NCBI GenBank assembly: GCA_963662285.2
Contig: CAXXMV010000001.1
Coordinates: 480,001-544,000, forward strand
Source of the DNA: a bacterium
GTDB lineage: Bacteria; Hinthialibacterota; Hinthialibacteria; Hinthialibacterales; Hinthialibacteraceae
DNA length: 64,000 nucleotides
Reading direction: 5' to 3'
Below are positions 59,402-64,000 of the stretch, piece by piece; positions within the stretch are counted from its first letter, which is position 1, and each line of letters opens with the position of its first letter. The notes below the pieces were generated by a model that was not told the DNA's origin, did no database searches, and saw nothing but the letters and a program-made list of their open reading frames with translations. The translations under genes and the position numbers were made by a program.

Positions 59402-60802
59402 ACCACGGGAAAACAAACTCTGCTTAGCTGCAGCCCCGACCAGTTGTTTGCCGACTGACCATACTGGTCCGGGGAATTTACGGCATTGGTCTAGCACTGA
59501 ATCAAGGGCGTTTATCAGCATATCCACTTCTTCATCGGTCATGATCAGAGGCGGCAGAAGTTTTACGATTTCCTGGTTATGTCCGGCCACCTGGGTTAGG
59601 ATATTGTGTTCTTTATAGAGTTGCATAACCACGGCTTGAGCGAATAGGCCGTTTTGCGCCGCGTGGAGCAGCGCCCAAGCCGGTTTGAGCATGAAAGAAC
59701 GCGGTGAACCGAACTCGATGCCGATCATTAAACCCTTGCCGCGGACGTGATGAATCAACTCATGCTTCTCTTTCAGTTGCTTGATTCCAGTTAGCAAGCG
59801 TTCTCCCGACTGAGCCGACCGTTCAGGCAGTTTTTCTTCTTCAATCACATGCAGCGCAGCCAGTCCAGCCGCCATGGCTAAAGCGTTCTGGCCGAAAGTA
59901 GTCGAATGCACAACGCAACGGTCCAGTCGGCTGAAGACTTTCTTATATACGGCGTCCGAATATAAAATGGCGCCAATGGGGATCATGCCTCCACTCAAGG
60001 CTTTGGCGCAGATCAGGATATCCGGTTCAAGCCCCCAATGCTGGCTGGCCCATGTCTTGCCGGTGCGCCCTAATCCAGTCTGGATTTCATCAACGATCAA
60101 CAGCGTCCCGGTATCGCGGCATAATTTCTGGATGGCGGGATAAATCTCATCGTCTTCTGGATAAAAGACTCCCTTGCCGCGAATTGGTTCCATAATCACT
60201 GCGGCGACGGTTTTCTTTCTAAGTTCATGTTCGATGGCATTGAGGTCTTCGAAATTGGTTTGCTCCGCTCCGGGCAGCAGGTCGCCGAATCCCTCGCGGA
60301 ACGATTGGTCGCCATTCAGCGCCAGTGAACCAGTGGTCAGGCCGTGGAAGGCGCCTTTACTGAACAGAATGCGTTGCCGTCCGGTGGCCGCCCTGGCGAA
60401 TTTGATAGAGCCTTCGGTCGACTCGGTTCCAGAATTGGTAAAGAAGACATGTTCCAACCTGTCGCATGGGGCTATGGAGATCAAGCGCTGGGCCAGCAAT
60501 CCACTGAGCAAACTGCAATCCATCTGCACCAGGTTGGGGGGATTCATTTCCATGACCTGTTGTATGGCTTGGCGGATAGTGGGATGGTTGCGTCCCATGC
60601 CGAACACGCCGTATCCACTCAGCGCGTCGAATATACGCCGACCGTCTACAGTAGTCAGATAGCATCCTTCGCCCTCAGCATATTCATGGGCGAAGCCGAT
60701 CATCTCCAATACGCGGGCGAATACAGGATTTACGTTGCGGTCATGCAATTCGCGCGCTTTACCGGAGTTTTGTTCAACAAGCGTCTTCAGGTCAAAGGTC
60801 AT
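59399..60802 (-). CDS. Class III aminotransferase, HpnO (aminohopanoid)-like
   Basis: NPVFARVLEMIGF, PNLVQMDC, NSGTE, DEIQTGLGRTG, AKALSGG, VFSRLDRCVVHSTTFG. Confidence 0.8.
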   Translation of the reverse strand: MTFDLKTLVEQNSGKARELHDRNVNPVFARVLEMIGFAHEYAEGEGCYLTTVDGRRIFDALSGYGVFGMGRNHPTIRQAIQQVMEMNPPNLVQMDCSLLSGLLAQRLISIAPCDRLEHVFFTNSGTESTEGSIKFARAATGRQRILFSKGAFHGLTTGSLALNGDQSFREGFGDLLPGAEQTNFEDLNAIEHELRKKTVAAVIMEPIRGKGVFYPEDDEIYPAIQKLCRDTGTLLIVDEIQTGLGRTGKTWASQHWGLEPDILICAKALSGGMIPIGAILYSDAVYKKVFSRLDRCVVHSTTFGQNALAMAAGLAALHVIEEEKLPERSAQSGERLLTGIKQLKEKHELIHHVRGKGLMIGIEFGSPRSFMLKPAWALLHAAQNGLFAQAVVMQLYKEHNILTQVAGHNQEIVKLLPPLIMTDEEVDMLINALDSVLDQCRKFPGPVWSVGKQLVGAAAKQSLFSRG

Positions 60803-60842
60803 GGAGTCACGTCTTCTGGTTGTACTTTAGTAAATAAAAATA

Positions 60843-61061
60843 TCAAGAAATTTTAACATTATGACGCTTCATTACTTCGCGCCACTCGGCATCTTCCATC
60901 TCTTCTGATTCTTCGATCAACATAACGGGTATATCGTCTTTGATGGGGTAGCGTTTACGGGTTTCAGCGTCGGTGGAAACGATCCATTCACCATCCATAA
61001 CCACAGGCGCCTTGGTCTGCGGGCAGGCTAGAATTTCGAGTAATTTTTCACTGATAGGCAT
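60843..61061 (-). CDS. Trm112-like (UPF0434) protein
   Basis: LLEILACPQTK...RYPIKDDIPVMLIEE; GGGGAG RBS. Confidence 0.88.
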   Translation of the reverse strand: MPISEKLLEILACPQTKAPVVMDGEWIVSTDAETRKRYPIKDDIPVMLIEESEEMEDAEWREVMKRHNVKIS

Positions 61062-61212
61062 GAGCATTCTCCCCCGTGGAATAATATGATTTACTTGATG
61101 GGTCGGTAAGGCATGACCCGTCCTACTTGTTCTTCCCACGGATTATTTTATACATAATAATTTTAGCATGAAAGCATTCGGCTTCTTGGTCAAGACGGAT
61201 GCAGGTGATTAT

Positions 61213-62283
61213 TTACGCCAGCCACTCATCCAGATGTTCTTGAACGAACTTATCATCATTCAAATGGGGATAAGCGGCGTATATCCGGTCGATTTCTTCC
61301 AATTGACCGGGCGAAAGACCCTCTTTGGGATCAAGACAGTAGTTGTTTTGCATTAAACCTTGACGGCGCAATACCTCATGCAATCCTGCGATGCATCCCG
61401 CAAAACCATTGGGGGCGTCAAAAAATGCGGCGTTGCAATCGGTTACCTGGGTGTTCAGGTTTAAAAAATCGCGTGGGATTAGTTGTTCCGACCGGGCTGC
61501 CCGTGAAATTCTGGCGAAATCCACTGTGACCTGATGAGTCCACACCGCCCAATGGCCTAACAGACCTCCAGCGAACCGTAAGCGAATCGGCTTGCCATTC
61601 ACCAGAACCTCATAATCCGTCAACAGGTCGGCCACGATGTTGTCATCATTGCCTGTATAGAGGATGATGTCGCCAGCGCGTCCTGCTTCGGCGACTGCCC
61701 GGATTACATCAAGCGTCTGATAGCGGTTAAATGGAGCAATCTTGATAGCTGCCGCCTGGGGGATTTCGCAGAATTTTCTCCAGAAATCATAGCCCAGGAT
61801 TCGCCCTCCAACCGATGGCTGCAAATAAAAACCCATCAAAGGTATGACTTCGGCGACGGCTTTTGCATGTTCGACGGCTTGCGCCTCGCTGGCGTCGCGA
61901 AATGCGCTGAGGCTCAACAGCCCCATGTGATAACCCAGATCACGCGCGGTTTCGGCTTCTTTGATGGCCTGCGCCGTGTCGCCGCATATCCCGGAGATGC
62001 GGACAATTTTTTTATCAGGATTCTTCTCCTCAAACTGGTCAATGGTCTCCGCCGCCATTTGCAGAACCGGTTTGAATAGGCCTATTTTGGGATCGCGGAT
62101 TTGAAATTGAGTGGTATGCACGCCAATAGCGATTCCCCCGGCGCCGGACGCCAGATAATAGCGCGTCAAAGCCCGCTGGTGTTGTTCGTCCAGGCGGCGT
62201 TCGTTATCCACAGCTAGTGGGTGCGCAGGTATCACTGTACCACGGGAAAGAATGTCTTTGAGATTATCAGCAAGAATGGGCAT
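61213..62283 (-). CDS. Dihydrodipicolinate synthase-family class I aldolase/lyase
   Basis: VIPAHPLA, GVHTTQF, FYLQ, IKIAPFNRY, YTGNDD. The longer N-terminus in the ORF track is translated boxC repeat; GGAGG precedes ATG 62283. Confidence 0.85.
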   Translation of the reverse strand: MPILADNLKDILSRGTVIPAHPLAVDNERRLDEQHQRALTRYYLASGAGGIAIGVHTTQFQIRDPKIGLFKPVLQMAAETIDQFEEKNPDKKIVRISGICGDTAQAIKEAETARDLGYHMGLLSLSAFRDASEAQAVEHAKAVAEVIPLMGFYLQPSVGGRILGYDFWRKFCEIPQAAAIKIAPFNRYQTLDVIRAVAEAGRAGDIILYTGNDDNIVADLLTDYEVLVNGKPIRLRFAGGLLGHWAVWTHQVTVDFARISRAARSEQLIPRDFLNLNTQVTDCNAAFFDAPNGFAGCIAGLHEVLRRQGLMQNNYCLDPKEGLSPGQLEEIDRIYAAYPHLNDDKFVQEHLDEWLA

Positions 62284-62332
62284 GGTTTTATCTAATGACC
62301 TCCCCTTTGTAATTAACTCAAGTAATTTGAAA

Positions 62333-62372
62333 ATCCCCCTCACCCTAGCCCTCTCCCGGCGGGAGAGGGGAC
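62333..62372. repeat. boxC-like repeat
   Basis: CCCCCTCACCCTAGCCCTCTCCCGGCGGGAGAGGGG. Confidence 0.8.
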
Positions 62373-62383
62373 TTGGATGCTCA

Positions 62384-62977
62384 TCATAACGGGAAATATT
62401 TTTCCACGGTGCGTTTGACTTCATCAAGCCATCGGCGTCGTTCTTCATCCGTACTAGTTATCACTATAGTAAAAGATTTACGGAAAAACCGGGTTACTCC
62501 ACATAGACCGAAGATGCAGTTCTTCCAGATGGTTTCCAGTGGATCGCCGAATACCTTCTGTTCACGCTCCGGCGCTGTGTTGCTGGTGTTGAATACCAAT
62601 GCCGCTTTGGCTTTCAGCAATCCGACGGGGACGCCTTCGCCTCCGTCCTCACCGACAAACTCATAGGCCGCGCCAGGGCGGATGACACGGTCAATCCAGC
62701 CTTTGATGATCGCGGGAGGCGCTCCCCACCAATTAGGATGCACAACCACAATGCCATCGGCTTCCGTTAGTTCGCGGCAATGTTGTTCAATCACCGGATC
62801 AAGTTCTGCATCTTTAGGCATCTCTGCACCGGTCAGGATCGGATCGAATCCTTCATCATGCAGATCATGGAAAATCACCTCATGTCCAGAGGATTGCAGC
62901 GTTTGCACAGTTGTTTGCGCTATGGCGTGGTTAAAACTATCTTTGCTAGGATGTCCCAGAATAACCAGTATTTTCAA
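62384..62977 (-). CDS. Flavodoxin-like NAD(P)H:quinone oxidoreductase (MdaB/KefF family)
   Basis: ILGHPSKDSFNH, HPNWWGAPPAIIKGWIDRV. Confidence 0.9.
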   Translation of the reverse strand: MKILVILGHPSKDSFNHAIAQTTVQTLQSSGHEVIFHDLHDEGFDPILTGAEMPKDAELDPVIEQHCRELTEADGIVVVHPNWWGAPPAIIKGWIDRVIRPGAAYEFVGEDGGEGVPVGLLKAKAALVFNTSNTAPEREQKVFGDPLETIWKNCIFGLCGVTRFFRKSFTIVITSTDEERRRWLDEVKRTVEKYFPL

Positions 62978-62993
62978 AATAAACGCCTCTCTA

Positions 62994-64000
62994 TCATCGA
63001 ACGCGAACGATTTGGCTTCTGACCATATCGCTCACTAAAACATCTCCTTGCGGCGTAACCGTTATGCCGATAGGCAATCTTAGTGGTTTCTTGTCTAGAC
63101 CGTTACGTAGTTTACTCTTCAATTCACCATCAAGAGAATAAACGTGGACGCTGGCTTCTTTGGGATCGGTCAGATAAACCATTCCATCGACCGTGCAGGC
63201 AACATGGCTTTCAAATCCACCCTCGCCTGTCCAGGTCGTCTGGATGGGCCATCCGCCAACCAGGATGCCTTCTGGAGTGAATATACGCACACGCTTATTT
63301 AAACTGTCTACTACAATGATATTTCCATCAGGCGTGATATCGATTCCCACTGGTTCCAGCAGAGCCTCATCGCCGAATTCTTCAACAGTTCCTTTTTTAC
63401 CCCAGGTTTGCAGTATCTTGCCATCTGGAGTGATTACGACAATGCGTCCGCCGCCGGTGTCAGTAATATAGATTAAGCGCCATTTGGGATGAAAAACGAT
63501 GCCGCGCGGTCCATAGAAACTGGATGGAGACGCGCCCAGAAAGATGCCGTTGGAATCATATACCACCACGCGGGAATTCCAGGTATCAATGACATAAATC
63601 CGCCCGTTTTGGGGGTCAATGGTCAAATCGTTGGGTTCATTGAACTGTCCGTTGTTAGTGCCTTTTTCGCCGGTTTTCCAGGCATAAGCGCCGTTGGGAT
63701 GAAAAGCCTGAAAGCGGTTGTTGAAGGTATCGGCCACGAAGATGGCGCCTGATGCATCAGCCACAATCCCGCGCGGCTCATTGAAAAGCCCGTTATCATC
63801 GCCTTTGCCTCCCTGGAACAGAGAGGCGCCTTTTTCTGGAGGTTGCAACGCCGGAGGCAGCGATGGCTTAGCGGCTATTTCAGTTTCCATACCATATATA
63901 CGGTTCAAACTACGATTGACTTTGAAGATTGATGTATCGTTGTTGCGGTATTCCAGTTGCAGAACGCCGCCCATGTTTTCCAGGTTCTTTAATCCCTCGG
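62994..64000 (-). CDS. NHL-repeat beta-propeller protein, 5'-truncated by the window edge
   Basis: Repeated FNEPRGI..IFVADTFNNR / FNEPNDL..IYVIDTWNSRV units; the frame stays open upstream of ATG 63974 to the window end. Confidence 0.88.
   Translation of the reverse strand, partial: EGLKNLENMGGVLQLEYRNNDTSIFKVNRSLNRIYGMETEIAAKPSLPPALQPPEKGASLFQGGKGDDNGLFNEPRGIVADASGAIFVADTFNNRFQAFHPNGAYAWKTGEKGTNNGQFNEPNDLTIDPQNGRIYVIDTWNSRVVVYDSNGIFLGASPSSFYGPRGIVFHPKWRLIYITDTGGGRIVVITPDGKILQTWGKKGTVEEFGDEALLEPVGIDITPDGNIIVVDSLNKRVRIFTPEGILVGGWPIQTTWTGEGGFESHVACTVDGMVYLTDPKEASVHVYSLDGELKSKLRNGLDKKPLRLPIGITVTPQGDVLVSDMVRSQIVRVR

Noticed and set aside
61213-62283. DHDPS-like aldolase as the missing IolJ substitute
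   Set aside because: 5 kb from iolG in a separate transcription unit. The family typically cleaves 2-keto acids, not 5-keto ones.
62284-62448. N-terminal extension of the DHDPS-like ORF (PSPLSRRERARVRG)
   Set aside because: Translation of a boxC-like repeat that also overlaps the upstream gene; a good RBS precedes ATG 62283.

Overview
Chromosomal window from a Gram-negative-type bacterium with many secreted or lipoprotein genes and mixed GC content, including several AT-rich islets. Left to right it holds: a CHAT (caspase-like) protease fused to a multi-pass membrane domain, missing from the ORF track because it runs off the left edge; FecR/DUF6600 and secreted carbohydrate-active genes; ppk1; a modular papain-like protease; tmRNA (tag ADYEALPMAA); an AT-rich SIR2-degenerate NTPase-TPR defence-like gene; a gamma-glutamylation amine-catabolism cluster set back to back with a phosphonate operon (MFS-phnW-phnX-pbfA) that has a Pho-box-like array; a vapBC pair; a myo-inositol locus (iolA, iolB, iolD, iolE, iolG, partial ABC transporter) split by a type II R-M system whose nuclease carries an IS4 insertion; BlaI plus a BlaR1(M56)-subtilase fusion; and hpnO-like, Trm112, DHDPS-like and NHL genes. 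The best candidate for an undescribed system is the inositol locus. It has no iolC kinase or iolJ aldolase within the window, and instead an atypical transaldolase-fold enzyme sits 5 bp or so upstream of the iolB frame. This suggests kinase-free cleavage of 2-deoxy-5-keto-gluconate. Several dispersed REP/boxC-like repeats and a two-copy covarying hairpin element are also present. No CRISPR array, rRNA or tRNA was seen. All calls come from reading motifs by eye; no database searches were run.
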